DNA of 64,000 nucleotides from assembly GCF_006345805.1 (NCBI RefSeq), contig NC_043001.1, positions 134,044,001 to 134,108,000 on the forward strand. The letters are read 5' to 3'. A program made the translations under genes and the position numbers. The DNA is from Octopus sinensis (taxonomy: Eukaryota). Of the stretch, positions 24,808 through 39,796 are shown one piece after another (the first letter of the stretch is position 1; each line of letters starts with the position of its first letter). The notes below the pieces were generated by a model. That model was not told where the DNA came from. It saw only the letters and a program-made list of their open reading frames with translations, and did not search any database.

Positions 24808-27800
24808 TATATACACATATGACAGGTTTCTTTGAGTTCCCATCAACCAAATCTACTCACAAGGCTTTGGTCAACCAAGGGTTATAGCAGAAGACATTGA
24901 CCAAAGTTCCACACAGTGAGACTGAACCCAAAACCGTGTGGCTGTTGAACAAACTTCTTACCATGCAGCAATGCCGGTATCTATTCTTATATTCTCCATA
25001 TTTTTTGAGAATATTTGTACAAGAATTAAGAATGTTTCTTCATGTTTTTTTAGAAATACAGTTCTGTAAATATATGCCAATTCCATTGGATGAGTTTCAA
25101 GGTAATCAGTGATAAAATGGCCTTCAGAAATGGAAGTTGTTAGCACTGATACAAACAGTTATTGGCATCAAATAAACCACCACAGACTAACCAATATCAG
25201 GAGTTGTGTAGCAGCAACTATGATTCCAGTGTGTTAAGAAAATGGTTAAGGAACCCTGTGTGTGTGTGTGTGTGAGATAGAGGGGGGAGGGAGAGAGAGA
25301 AGGGGGAAAGAGCATACTATGTGTTTGTTTACATTTGTACTCAACAAAAGTCACTTGCTATTAGCATTGTTGTTGTTACTTCTCTTGTCAACAAATTGTT
25401 CTCTTACTTTGAGCTTTCAAGAAGTGTAAAATAAGAGATTTCTTACTTGAAGAACAGCCAAGGGTTAGCAACAGAGAAAGCCTGTGACTATAAAACAATA
25501 CTTTGATACCTATATAGCCCTTGCAAGCATGATAAACATAAAAACAAATGAATACATAAATACACATTCATTCACATACATTCACAAACATACACACATA
25601 CATATATATGTGCAAGCATACAAGCAAATAATCATCATTGTCATTTTGCACCTGCCTTCAATGCAGGTATGAGTTTCTTTCAATAGAATCCAGTGAATTG
25701 AAGGACCACAACTTACTTCAGTGTCTCGATTTTGGTGTGGTTTCTATGGCTGAATACCCTTCCTAACATCAATCACTTTACAATGTTTTTTAGGTACCAA
25801 AACATCAGAAGTTCTCACTCTCAGCAAGACTGAAAAGTCCTCTCAACTCTATTGTCTCTACTTTACAGAATGTACTGGGTGCTTTTTGCTTTTCATTTTA
25901 TTTATCTACAAGCTGTATTTATCTACAAATGCATTTACTATATAAAAAGATTTAATCAAGAGGATAAAGATGAATAAATTATAATCAACTGATAATCAGT
26001 CTTTAATTATAAATCAATCAAAAATAAATAATTAATAATCAGTTATTAGTTGTTAACCAATGGTGGCAAAATGGTAAAATGAACAGTTACTTTGGACAAA
26101 ATCATCTTTAGACAAAATCAATCAAGCTTTGGACAAAATCAATCATTAACTAGAAATTGGAAACTATTTCAGGAGAATATCAATAGTAAGGGAATAGGGG
26201 AAACAAGCATAAAATACTGCCAATTAGATCTTACTGAGATGGTGGTGGTGGTGGGTGGTGATGGTGGTGGTGAGGAGGTGTAGGATGTCAGAAACCTTTC
26301 TTAAGACAAGTATGTGCAGTATGTATATGACAATGATTAAGCAAGCCTATTGTAGTTTATGGACTTTGAATCTTAGCCCTTAATCAGCAAACAAGGAGAG
26401 CGAGTACATGGAAACACTCCCCAAACACCCCTACTGTCTTTCAATGTAGCTTTGACCCTATAAATATAAACGCGAAATTAGCAATCCTGTAATCTAAGCA
26501 ATCAGTCAAATAAAACATGCGAAGGTCACAGCTAGAGCCCTGAAGTCAAACAGACTTGACAAGACCCCATACATTCATAGACACACTCAGACTAATCTAT
26601 CTCAGTCCCTTCTTCACAATGTTACTTCATCTGTTTAGGGCCTCTTCTCTGTTTATCTTTCAATCAATTAATTACCTAATTGATTTTATCTGATGAAACT
26701 AATTCAAAACATCAATGTTCTTCTTTCTCTAAGTATATGACCCTTAAACCAACAACATATTATCCCCCACCACTGTGCCCTCCTCACATTGTTACAACCA
26801 GCTAAAAGACATGTGACACACAAGGATGGTGGGTGGGCTACTTTCCCAACCTTCACCACTCGGTTGCTACACAAAACATTACACGCCTCAAGTGTGTAAT
26901 GGTAACTTTCTTTAATAACATTGTGTGTGCGTGCGCACGTGTGCATACACACACACACACACACACACATATGCATGCATAAACACTCCTAATGTTTTTG
27001 CTCCTTCCACTTCTACTCCTAAAGAGGTCAAGATGTAGTAAATGCGACCTACTTTTGAACTCCTACTCTACTTCAGTAGTTCCTTGTCATCCCACACCCA
27101 CTTTACAGAACTAATCAGCCAATCAGCTACTAAGAAGCAGAAACTTATCTCCCACCATGTCCTTTCTCCACCGCCTCCTCCTCTCTCCTTCTTATGCCAG
27201 TTTCAAAGTTTACTTTTCCTCCATCGCAATCACAACATTTAAAAATAGCTTCAAGAAAAACAAAAAGCAGAAATCTTTCTTTTTCTGGTACAATACTGAG
27301 AAACCTCTTGTTGCAAGGAAGAACAGACCTCCTTTTCTTTTTAAAGTATTATTAATTAAGCAGACACCAGAAAATTTGGTGTACAGAGCTGAATGTAATA
27401 ACTGATCTGTTGTCATTATTGGTTTTAAAACTTAACTGTATTCCATCAATGAGTAGAAATAACATAACAGGTTGTAGCAGTTACTCAGTAAGCAATATGC
27501 TTTGTATCACAGGCTTACACAACATCCTGCTCAGGATGTCTTGTATTTGTCAACATTTAGTTATGTCCTTTTATGTTGTGAATTAAAATCCTGTTAAAGC
27601 CAACTTTGTTTCTTGAGCTAATAAAAGAAAGTATAAGTTATGTAATGAGATTGATTTTATACTTGGATAATGAAATGCTCTACTAGAATTCCCCACTTCC
27701 TGTCGTAATCCTTATTCATACTTATATATGTTCCCTTGAGCATGCTGTCTACATAGATCATATACTCCATTCAATAAACTCTATCTATTCACACACACAC

Positions 27801-28430
27801 CATATTTGAAACATAGATATACATATGTCCTGTTGAGTTCAAGTCAAGATTATCATCATCATTTTATGCTCACTTTTTCATGCTGGCATAGGTTGGACAA
27901 TTTCATAGTATCCAATGTGTGAGAAGGATGTCTTGCTCCAGTGTCTCAGTTTTGGCATGGACAAACTAGTTACAAAGTGAACTAGGCACTTAGTATCCAT
28001 GGTACAAGAAGAACTCGTGAGGTGCCTTGTAAGTCATAACTATTTCTTTATTACCCACAAGGGGCTAAACACAGAGGGGACAAACAAGGATTCAGTAATC
28101 TTTCGGCTTCCAAATAAACTTAATTTTCATTCACATATTTTCTATGTTATCTCAGCAACCAGCTAAAGTTATTTGAAAGGTACAAGTAAAGTTGGTTTTA
28201 ATTGTGAACCTCTCTCCCTGTTCAAATAGGAATTCTGAGCCTTCTTGTAGTTTGGGGTATGTTCCACAGTTTAGACATCCACATTTTTTAACCGTTGGTT
28301 TTGTGATTGTTGTGTAAAGCTCCACATTTATCAGGTCTTTTCAGCGATTTGTGTTGCTTTTTGCATTTGATGAGTTTATGTGTTTTCTGAATGTTGTTCA
28401 TTTTTTAATCCCTAGTGAGCAGAGGTAAAT

Positions 28431-28996
28431 TTGAAGCATTTGAAGCATTTGACCCACACTACCTTCTTCGAACTATTAAACATGGAGAATCTGTGATGAC
28501 CTGGGGGGCTATATCTTGGAAATCTTCCAGCCCAATGGTTTCCCATCATGGCAGAATTAATAGTCAAGGCTATTTAAGCATTTTATCTGATCAAATCCAT
28601 ACTATGGTTGCGGAACTGTTTCTGGAGGGAAACACAATCTTTCAGGATGATAATGCACCAATTTACACAGCTAAAGTTGTTACTGAATGGCACAAGGAAC
28701 ATTCTAGTGAAGTTGAACATCTTATCTGGCCACCACAGTCCCTAGATCTCAATATTATTGAACATTTATGGTGCATTTTAGAAAAACAAGTAAGGAGTCA
28801 ATATCCTCCACCATCATCACTAGAAGAACTGGAGACTATTTTAGCTGAAGAATGGACAAAAATTCCTTTGGAAACAATTCAAACTTTGTACAAGTCAATA
28901 ACTCATAGAATTCAGGCTGTAATTACTGCCAAAGGCGGTCCTACCCCATATTAAAAGACATTTGTTTGAAATTTTAAGGTGTTTCCATTATCTTAT

Positions 28997-28997
<1 letters not shown>
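28431..28997 (+). pseudogene. Tc1-family transposase C-terminal half with D36E spacing, plus partial 3' end
   Basis: ORF 28415-28954: TIKHG..VMTWGAISW, FQDDNAPIY, WPPQSLDLNIIEHLW, AKGGPTPY*; N-terminal half and first catalytic D absent. Confidence 0.92.
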
Positions 28998-29036
<39 letters not shown>

Positions 29037-29183
29037 TTTATATGTAATTTCTGAATCTTCAGATTTTAATATGCTAGACCTCTAGTTTTAAATTGATATT
29101 AATCAAATTAATATTCAATTTTCCACCCTTATTATTTTAAATTTAAATTTATATATATATATATATAAATACATACATATATA

Positions 29184-30590
29184 TTTTTTTTTTTATGGCT
29201 GCCCCCTCATTATCGAGTATGGCCATTGCACGAAGCTTAACTGTTACTGGTGCTGGGTCTTGCACAGACATTGCATGTCAGAATCAAAGGAAGACCCTTC
29301 CCTTCTGGAAGTGTAACAGCGATGCCCTTCCTGACATCCCTCCTTACTTTCTCATGTGCAACTCGAGATTTCTCAAACGTGGCTGTCCCCTCATGCACAA
29401 CCCTTCTCCACCTGCTACGATCAATAGCTATGCCTTCCCATGTGTCAGGAGAGATGCAAGCATCTCCTAAGGAAGCCTTCAGCAAGTCCTTATACCTCTT
29501 TTTTGGTTTATGTGGAGGTTGTTCTCCTTTAGCTAACTCTCATTAAAAGAATTGTTTTGGCATCCTTGAATCCTTCATTCTAACCAGATGACCACTCCAT
29601 CTGAGCCTTTGCTTTAACACCAGAGCTTCTATACTTTCACACTGAGAGCCTTCGAGTATTTCAAGATCACTGATGCATTCCTTCCACTTAATGCCATAGA
29701 TCCGTCTGAGGCACATCTGATAGAAACGTTCCAGTTGTTTAAGGTGGTATTGATATGCGACCCACGTCTCGCAGGCATAGAGAAGAGAAGGGAGCACACA
29801 TGCCTTGTACACCTTTATCTTTGTCTTTCTGCATATGTCTCGCCAACTCCAGAGGCGCTTTTCTAGCCTTCCGAAAGCAACACTTGCTTTCCTAATTCTA
29901 TATGGAATTTCATCATCCACATTGCCATACCTATTAATAGTGCTTCCCAGGTAGACAAACTGATCGACTACATCAAGTCGTTTACCATTCACATAGATAT
30001 TTGGTACACTATACTGCTTACCAGGGGCAGGTTGATGCATGACAACGGTTTTCTTGAGATTGACTGTCAATCCTAAGGCAGTGCAAGCATCAGAGAATGC
30101 ATTCAAAATGTGTTGCATATCAATCTCTGTGTGTGCTACTAGCTCACAATCATCAGCATACAAAAATATCTCTTATGATAGAGGTAAATATCTTTGTTTT
30201 TGCAGCAAGGCGCCTGATATTAAATATGCTGCCAGAGGTTCGATAATGGATGTAAATGCCGTATCTGCAGTTTCTGAATGCAATACAGAACACCATCGCA
30301 AAATATATGGAAAATAGGGTCGGTGCCAGAATATCCCCCTGTTTCACTCCATTTTGTATTGAAATGGGCTCCGATATCTTCCCTCTAACGTTCACCCTAC
30401 CATTCATGTCTTCATGAAAAGACCTAACCAAAGCAAGGAACTTTTCAGGACACCCAAGTTTCTGGAGGACTTTCCACAATGCTTTTCTATTGATGGTATC
30501 AAAGGCTTTTGTCAGATCGACAAAAACCTGATACAAATCCAGACCCTGTTCCACACACTTTTCCTGAAGCTGTCTAACTGAAAAGATCAT
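29184..30590 (-). mobile_element. 5'-truncated RTE/BovB-like LINE (RT pseudogene)
   Basis: MIFSVRQLQEKC, FVDLTKAFD, GVKQGDILAPTLF, YADD, RLRWSGHLVRM; frameshift near 30160, stop at 29543, poly-A at 29184-29194. Confidence 0.95.
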
Positions 30591-31755
30591 ATATACACAC
30601 ACACAGAGTTAGAATTTTAGTCCAAAGGAAGAAAATATGTGATGACTAATGTAATCATTAGGGGTTGAGTGTGTGTATAGCGAGTGATTTACTCTAGAGG
30701 TGTAAATGTATATAAAGTTATGTATTTATGGTAATGGGTGGTAGTGTAGATGAAATGCTTATGAAAGTAAACTGGTAACATTTGAGATATAATGAGTTGT
30801 GATGCTCTGAATTTAGTGATTAACAACAACAACAAATATTAATTTACAACAGAGAAGTTGCAGTCAGTTCTATAGAAAATCTTAATACATTATTTGACTT
30901 CTATATCTTGAAGAGATAACTACACTCTGCAACCTTTCAATCCCACTCACACAGACACACACAAACACACACAATTATAAACACACGTGTGCACACACAT
31001 CTATATAAATACACATATACACTATTATAAATGCACATATATGCATGCTTATACACACTCACACGTGCATGTGTGCATACACATACATGTGTGCATACAC
31101 ATGAATCATTGCCAATGTGAACATTTTAGATTTGTTTGTGCACTTCCGTAGGAAATTGCAGGAATTAGTCTGCAGATGTTTCAATAAAGCTCACACTTAA
31201 ACTTTTAGGTTAAATACTAGAGATTTATGAGAAAATATTATTAAGCCTCATATGTAGGTATGGCTGCATGGTTAAGACACTTATTTCACGACAGTATGGT
31301 TTTGTGTTCAATACCATTGTGTCGTGCATTGAAAAGTGTATTCTACTATAGCTTCAGGTGAGCCAAAGATGTGTGTGGAATCTGTTAAATGGAACCTGTA
31401 TGAAAGTGAGTTGGAAAGACCTGTGGGAGATAGAATTAATCTTGCATCTGATTTAATATTATCAGCAAGTCCTTGGGTACTTCTTAATGAAGACCAATCT
31501 GTATCAAACATTCAGGCTGAATCTACAGTTTAAGGATAACTTTTTCCTTCCCTCCCTTCAACCAACCTTAAACAAGGCCTGGCTCAAATACTTGTAGCAT
31601 AGGGGGCACTGTTTAAGACAAACAAGGACCAGATGGTGGTGGTGGTGTTAAATTGGGAAATGAATTAAATCTACCACCTGTGTAGGCTACAGAAGGATTT
31701 GATTCCAGATCACAAATTTCAAGAAGAAATACCACAAAGTAACTGTTCCAGCACT

Positions 31756-31825
<70 letters not shown>

Positions 31826-31973
31826 ATTATCAAATAATTATTTCTAGATAATTGTGTCTAGATTTCCAAATTAGAATCATTAAGGTGAATATCCTAAAGT
31901 ATACAAAGATTTTCTTCCATAGATACAGCAAAATTTAGTTAAAGAAGTTCACTAAATCTTATCTTTCTTCAAA

Positions 31974-32516
31974 TCATCATGATCGTTTAACGTCTGCTTT
32001 CCATGCCAGCATGGGTTGGACGATTTTGACTGAGGGCTGGCAAACCAGATGGCTGCACCAGGCTCCAATCTTGATCTGGCAGAGTTTCTACAGCTGGATG
32101 CCCTTCCTAACGCCAACCACTCCGAGAGTGTAGTGGGTGCTTTTTATGTGCCATTGGCATGGGGGCCAATCAGACGGTACTGGCAATGACCTCGCTCAAA
32201 TCTTTTTACACATGCCACCAGCACAGGTGCCAGTAAGGCAACGCTGGTAATGATCACGCTCGAATGGTGCCCTTTTATGTGTCACCGGCACGGAAGCCAT
32301 TTAGCTGCTCTGGCAACGATCACGCTCGGATGGTGCTCTTGGCACCCTACTAGCATGGGCACAAGTGCCAGTAAGGCGATGCTGGTAATGATCACACTCG
32401 AACAGTGCCTTTTATGTGCCACTGGCACAGAAGCCAGTTAGCCATTCTGTCAACAATCACACTCATATGGTGCTCTTTGCACCCCGCTAGCATGGATGCC
32501 AGTCATCGAATTTGAT
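31974..32516 (-). mobile_element. RTE LINE 3' UTR fragment (different subfamily)
   Basis: (ATC)n tail, ctacagctggatgcccttcctaacgcc core, internal ~60/120 bp repeats. Confidence 0.85.
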
Positions 32517-33967
32517 AATTATTTCTATTTATTTTCCCATAATAAAATGTCTTGAAACTTTTATCAATTTATGCCATTCTATATTCTACAACCATAAATT
32601 GCTATAAAATAGGAGTTGCACCTGTTGTTTGTTAGGCAGACTGAGACAAGCAGTTATGCTTTGCTGTCTCAGTTAATTGATGAAGTTAACCGATAACTAG
32701 TTTCCCATGTACATTAAGACAAGTCTCAAATGGAATTAACATTTGATAAACCAAACAAGATATTGGAAGATATTTGACTAAGTACTTCCTATTTTGCTGT
32801 ATTCCAAATAGACACATTTTCGAAGCTCAACTGAGGGATTTTACATTTTTACCAATTTGTCTCAGTGCCTCTGCATGATGTATCGTCATTTTTGCTTTTC
32901 CTAAATCCAATCTCCATGAAATAAGAAAGATATTCGAGTTCTTAAGCATAGAACTGAACTTGCATACGTAACCATCTTTTACTTCTTTTACTTGTTTCAT
33001 TTGTTGGACTGTGGCCATCCTGGAGCACTACTTTAAAGGGGTTGGTCAAACAAGTCAACCCCCGTACTTGTTTTTAGTCTGGCACTTATTCTATCATTCT
33101 TTCTTGCCAAACTGCTGAGTTACAGGAACTTAAATACACTCACACCAATTGTCAAGTGGTGGTGAGGGATAAACACAAACACATATTCACACACATACAC
33201 AACAGGCTTCTTTCAGTTTCCATCTACCAATTCCACTTGAAAGGCTTTGGTTGTCCTGGGACTATAGTAGAAGACACTTGCCCAAGGTACCACATAGGAC
33301 TGAACCCAGAACCACATGGTTGGAAAATGAACTTCTTAAAGTATTTAAAACAATATGAAATGACAAACATAAAAGTGGCATTAATGCTACATTTCTCAAA
33401 ACAACCCTAAAAAACATTGGACTACTAAAATTAGAAACGCGAATATTTATTCTAAAAGTCCCACAGAGTTAAAAATAATAGGAAAGTTAATAGCACAACT
33501 TGCTTCTTACACACTATCTTTCTTTACTGTACTTAAAAAAAAAATAAGAATAAAAAAAAAAAGCATTTTTCAAAGTTAGCTGAAAGAGATCAGATTACAG
33601 ACAGTTCTTAAGTAAACATGGAATGGCATATATGTTCCAGTCTAGAAATGGAAACACAAAAGCAAGGTTTAGGAGGATAATTTTGGTAAATAAACAGAAT
33701 TCATTTATTAGAGAAAGCAATAATTTATTCATGATTAACTTAAACAAACAGAAAAACTTAGAAACATTTTAATTACAAGAGTGCCCAGGATTTCTAAATT
33801 TTATCCATTTGTCATACTATGTTAGACTGCCAGTGTTAGCCTAAGATTGATGAATCTAATTATTTATATTTGGAATAGGTGTTTTTTAGCATGTGAATAG
33901 CCCCTCTCCTGCTGTGACATAATTGCAGCTAGACTTAGTTTTCAGCTATTTTTAGATTTACCATTTA

Positions 33968-34373
33968 TACTCTTTTTACTTGTTTCAGTCATTTGACTGC
34001 AGCCATGCTGGAGCACCGCCTTTTTTAATCGAGCAACTCGACCCTGGGACTTATTCTTTGTAAGCCCAGTACTTATTCTATCGGTCTCTTTTGCCGAACC
34101 GCCAAGTGACAGGGAGATAAACACACCAGCATCGGTTGTCAAGCAATGCTAGGGGGACAAACACAAACATACACGCACGCACACATATACATATATATAT
34201 ACATATATACGACAGGCTTTTTTCAGTTTCCGTCTACCAAATCCACTCACAAGGCTTTGGTCGGCCCGAGGCTATAGTAGAAGACACTTGCCCAAGGTGC
34301 CACGCAGTGGGACTGAACCCGGTACCATGTGGTTGGTAAACAAGCTACTTACCACACAGCAACTCCTGCGCCT
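33968..34373 (-). mobile_element. Young SINE family A
   Basis: Full ~400 bp copy with tRNA head and (TCTTTTAC)n tail. Confidence 0.92.
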
Positions 34374-34775
34374 ATTTATGAAGCAATAAATTTTATAAAA
34401 ACTGAGAATTCATCTTCTTTAATATTAAAACTGATGCTATGAAATCTGAAATGGTATTTAATAGTTTTGACTAGTTTAAACATGCTCAAGAGAATATGCA
34501 CGATTCTCTATGTTAACTATATTCCCCAGAGATGACATGCAAACACGTGTAAAATTGTACACTGGTACATGTTGACCTCCTAATAAACCGATTGGTGTTA
34601 TTTCAAGTAAAGCCTTAGCTTTGGTCAGCAACTTCTCAATGTTTACAGAATAAACACTGTTTGATGTTGGGAAGTGCGTCCAACTGTGAAGCAGCTACAA
34701 CTTCTGAATTATCATGTTAAGCCTTTCATTACCATATTTCTGATTTTGTTTCAATTAATTTTGAAAATAAAGTTT

Positions 34776-34955
34776 CTCTCTCTTTTACTTGTTTCAGTCA
34801 TTTGACTGCAGCCATGCTGGAGCACCGCCTTTAGTCGAGAAAAATCGACCCCAGGACTTATTCTTTGTAAGCCTAGTACTTATTCTATCGGTCTCTTTTG
34901 CTCAGTTCTCAAGCGATGTTAGGGGGACAAACACAGACACACAAACATATACACG

Positions 34956-35005
<50 letters not shown>

Positions 35006-35153
35006 ACAGGCTTCTTTCAGTTTCCATCTACCAAATCCACTCACAAGGCTTTGGTCAGCCCGAGGCCATAGTAGAAGACACTTGCCCAAGGACTGAACTT
35101 GGAACCATGTGATTGGTAAGCAAGCTACTTACCACACAGCCACTCCTGCACCT
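34776..35153 (-). mobile_element. SINE family A with internal deletions
   Basis: Homologous to 33968-34373. Confidence 0.88.
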
Positions 35154-35550
35154 AATGATGACTTTGGTAAAATAACTTTATCATTACTAAGCTGATATTT
35201 GTAACACAAATTAAAACATGAAATTTTATTGGACAGTTTTAATTTGAGTTACGTTAAAACAGAAAGTTTATATCATAGAAATAGGTGTTGTCTCAAGCAG
35301 GTAGCCATCAACAGGGTTCATATTATTTCTCAAAAGATATGACTACCTCATCAATTTGATTTCAATCACATCTTAACCCTCATTCACAAGTAACAATGGA
35401 CAGAAAAGAATATGTAGCAATAGAAGAATTAGTTTTCATTGGAATTAGTTTTCATTGGAATTTGGAATGTTGATAAATTCCTTCACAACATTAATAATGT
35501 GAGATGGCTTCAACTGCAAACCAAAATCACATTTCAATACAAGCTAATAA

Positions 35551-35715
35551 GGGAGCTTCTACGTGGTCTCTTGACCTGCTAGAACCAATAGTCAAATATC
35601 CTTCAAATTACATTCCACTATCTTTATGGGAAGAAAGAGGCAGGATGGTCATGACTGGATTGCCTCTTATCATTGGTCTGCTAAATAAGGATTAACCTGG
35701 GGCTAAACAGCAACA
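35551..35715 (+). mobile_element. Old interspersed repeat, family E (SINE/LINE tail-like)
   Basis: ggagcttctacgtggtc..gacctgctagaa..cctggggctaaacagcaacaa; diverged copies near 390, 6125, 8138, 20265, 39675, 56040, 62840. Confidence 0.6.
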
Positions 35716-36156
35716 ATGACTGAATTTTAATATTGCTACAGTTTAGACCTAAAAAACTATTTCTCTTTCTTTTGTTTGTGCCTTATTTACATAGACAGAA
35801 GTGTAATGAACAACAGTATTGATCTTTCATTCAGGAAGCATTCTATTCTATTAATGTTTGGTATTCAATTACCATAGAAATGTCTTTCCTTGAAGGTTGT
35901 GAGTATGCAATATGGTGGATCTTCTAAGTTAGATTCTATTAGATTTTGAAGCCACAGACCAGAAATTACAAAATTAGCTAGACATGGTTGTGTGGTTAAG
36001 AAGTATGCTTTGCAACCATATGGCTTCAGGTTCAGTCCTACGGTATAGCACCTTGAGTAAGTGTCGTCTACTATAACACCAAGCAGACCAATGCTTTGAG
36101 GGTGAATTTGGTAGATGGAAACTTTGTGGAAGCCTGTCACATATATATATATTTCT

Positions 36157-36403
36157 GTGCCGGTGGCACATAAAAAGCATCAACCAATCGTGGCCGATGC
36201 CAGACCCCTCTGGCACCTGTGCAGGTGGCACGTAAAAAGCATCCACTACACTCGCGGAGTGGTTGGCGTTAGGAAGGGCATCCAGCTGTAGAAACACTGC
36301 CAGATCAGACTGGAGCCTGGAGCAGCCCCTGGCTTCCCAGACCCCGGTCGAACCGTCCAACCCATGCTAGCGCGGAAAATGGACGTTAAACGATGATGAT
36401 GAT
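36157..36403 (+). mobile_element. RTE LINE 3' end fragment
   Basis: Same core and (GAT)n tail as 12129-12305. Confidence 0.88.
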
Positions 36404-36996
36404 ATATATCATTATCATTTAACATCTATTTTCAATGCTGGTATGGGTTGCACGGTTTGACAAGCTGGTATGGTCAGGGACTGCACCAAGCTCCATTGTC
36501 TGTTCTGGCATGTTTCCACACCTGGATGCCCTTCCTAATGCCAGCCACTTTACAGATATCAATATGTATGTGTGTGCATATGTGTGCCTCACCCACCACT
36601 TGACAACTGGTGTTGGTTTGAATACATCCTCATAATATCACAGTTCAACAAAATAGATTGTTAAAATAAGTACCAGATCCAAAAATAAGTACTGGGGTTG
36701 ATTCTTTTCAACTAAAACCCTTCAAGAGGGTACCCCAACATGACCACAGTCCAATAACTGAAACAGGATAAAAGCTTACAAATTATTATTAAGTTTACCA
36801 CAGAAAACTAATTGAAATGATGAATACTCTCAATGCGAAATATCAAAGAATGTGTTTGTTCTAGGGGTGTGGGATCTAGGTAAGATAAAGGACACTCAGG
36901 TGGGGCTTGGAAATTATGACTTTGGGAACATCACTGCAACATCCTCAACCTTCACTAATGACCAAATAAGGGAACCTCTTGACTTGTTAACAATAG

Positions 36997-37372
36997 GAGG
37001 AGGAGAGAACTCCGTCGGTTGCGACGATGAGGGTCCCAGCTGATACGATCAACGGAACAGCCTGCTCGTGATATTAACGTGCAAGTGGCTGAGCACTCCA
37101 CAGACACGCGTACCCTTAACGTAGTTCTTGAGGAGATTCAGCGTGACACAGAGTGTGACAAGGCTGGCCCTTTGAAATACAGGTACAAGAGAAACAGGAA
37201 GAGAGAGCGAGAGAACGTTGTGGTGAAAGAGTACAGCAGGGTTCACCACCACCCCCTGCCAGAGCTCGTGGAGCTTTAGGTGTTTTCGCTCAATAAACAC
37301 TCACAATGCCTGGTCTGGGAATCGAAACCGCAATCCTCCGACTACGAGTCCGCTGCCCTAACCACTTGGCCA
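36997..37372 (-). mobile_element. SINE family B, tail type 3
   Basis: 13 bp TSD ttgttaacaatag (36984-36996 and 37373-37385). Confidence 0.92.
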
Positions 37373-38782
37373 TTGTTAACAATAGCAGCCAAGTCACCTC
37401 AAACTATAACTTATTGAGTGAATAGTTGTGTCACAAATTGCTAGTTATTAGGTGCAGGCATGATATCTTGAGCAATTGTTTTCATCATAGCTCCAGGTGA
37501 ATGGATTTGGTAGATGGAAACTGAAAGAAGCCAACTGTATTTGCATGTGCATGCATACACATATGTATTAGTATATTTGTTAACATTTACACTTCTCCAA
37601 AAACTGCTGAGCTACTGACAGCAGTATTACTGTTCTTTTCCTCGAAAACAAATCATCTGCTGGTTTTGCACCTTCAAAGATGTATGGAATAAGATATTTA
37701 CCCCTTACTTGCAAAGTAAGGATTAGTGACAGGAAAGGCATCTGTAATATATCCATCTTACTCATGCTAGCATGAAAAAAACAAACATAAAATGAATGAA
37801 AAAGAAACAAAGAAGTTTAGTTCTTGAAAATACTTGATATAAGAATAATTGCTAAGTCCTAAGCTGCGTTCCTGTTCAAGCTAAACAAATGTAAAATGGA
37901 AGAGAAAATACTAAGCTGTCAGTGCTAGTAGAAACTTTAAACTACTGCTATTTTCTGATATTCAACAGGAAATTCTTTTATAAAATACAATTCCAAATTC
38001 ACAGAATCCAGGAATTTAAGAATTGAGATTCTTTTATTAAATGTTTGCCATTTTCCTCTTTCCTTCTTTCTTTCTAATTTCTAACATTTCTCTGCTTTTT
38101 TTTTTTTATTATATTATTTGTCTTCTCATGAATTTATTTATTTATTAAGGGTTTCCTTCTCAATTCAAATATCAGCTAACCACTTTGTGGCATTTCAAAG
38201 AAAATGCCAAACTGCGTCTGGAGAAAGGCAAGCTGTACATTTTTTCTAATACATATCATTCTCGGCTAATAAAATATTTACTATAAACTCCAATGAATGA
38301 ATGAATAAGGTTATTTCCCCCCCGATTGTATACTACCTACATTGTTTGGATGTAAAAACAAAAATGTCTGCCACCAATATCTTCAGGATTATTTTAGTTA
38401 AAGCCAAGAAACTTTATACTTTCTCGATAAGATAATCAATCTTATGGGCTATTGATGAAAGAAGTTCCTTTTGCATATGTCTCTAAGCTGGCTACCAGTT
38501 TTATAATTTAGTTTTTGTTGCTTATCTCTAAAACATGAACATTAGTAACTTTGTATGACCAGACTAACAACCAATGTGTATGATTTCTGAGATCTCACAC
38601 AAGTTTTCTGTCTGACTTATCAAAGAAGCTATTAATTACTGAGGCTGGCTGCTTTGATAAAACGGAAAAACGAATTGCACTGAAGAAAAGTTTAATCTTT
38701 TTCAATAAGTATGAAGAAAAAGTTGTATTTGTCTTCAACAAACTCCCCTAGGGTGTTTGTTTTGAAGGGAAATGTCTTTTAT

Positions 38783-39199
38783 TACTCTCTCTCTCTCTCT
38801 TTTACTTGTTTCAGTCATTTGACTGCGGCCATGCTGGAGCACCGCCTTTAATCGAGCAACTCGACCCCGGGACTTATTCTTTGTAAGCCCAGTACTTATT
38901 CTATCGGCATCTTTTTGCCGAACCGCTAAGTAACGTGGACATAAACACACCAGCATCGGTTATCAAGCAATGCTAGGGGGACAAACACAGACACACAAAC
39001 ACACACACGCATACATATATATACATACATATATACGACAGGCTTCTTTCAGTTTCCGTCTACCAAATCCACTCACAAGACTTTGGTCGGCCCGAGGCTA
39101 TAGAAGAAGACACTTGCCCAAGGTACCACACAGTGGGACTGAACCCGGAACCATGTGGTTGGTAAACAAGCTACTTACCACACAGCCACTCTTGCGCCT
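38783..39199 (-). mobile_element. Young SINE family A
   Basis: Full-length copy. Confidence 0.92.
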
Positions 39200-39796
39200 A
39201 TTGGTTAAAATGAAGAAATAAAACATGTTTAATACTTTTGATATCAACCTTCCCGAGACTGCCCCTGGTTCTATGATACAAACTTCATGTTTGAGATCTA
39301 ATTGAAAACTTTTTATCAAAATTTCTTACTAATTTATGTCTGTAACATCAGCTTATTAATTCCTAAATCTTTCTTTATTTTCAAAATTAATTGGAAGGCA
39401 GAGTATTGTCAACAGAAATAGAGTAACAAAAGGGTTGAAATGAACTTGTGTTTAAAATAAGAAACTTGACATTACACAGACCCAAATAATCCTTTAAGTA
39501 CTGCTTCTAAGCAGATCATTTAAGCTTGTATTTTGGTGTAAAGCTGTTTGTTTCTCTTATTCTACATTATAAAGATATATTCAGAAATACTGGGATAAGG
39601 CTTAGTGATATAATCATAGATAAACTGACATAAATGACAAAAAGACCTTGTTTTTCTGTTATCCATATGGTAAGGTTGTTTAACTCCTGGTCAACCCTCT
39701 CAAAACAGACCTATAATCGAAAGTATTTTAACCATGACCTTTTTGATTTTATTTGTTTCTTTTGTCTTTCTTCCAGACAGTTTATCATTAACTTCA

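Noticed and set aside
26685-26716. CTGATGA followed by caaaac, a possible further hammerhead
   Set aside because: No credible stem II, stem I or cleavage triplet
32640-32673. Small hairpin actgagaca..tgtctcagt
   Set aside because: Stem too short for a miRNA precursor and flanks do not pair
34476-34694. 72-codon stop-free minus frame (IEKLLTKAKALLEITPIGLLGG..); similar frames at ~6406-6600 and ~38584-38751
   Set aside because: No convincing splice pair or homology; frames of this length are expected by chance in 64 kb
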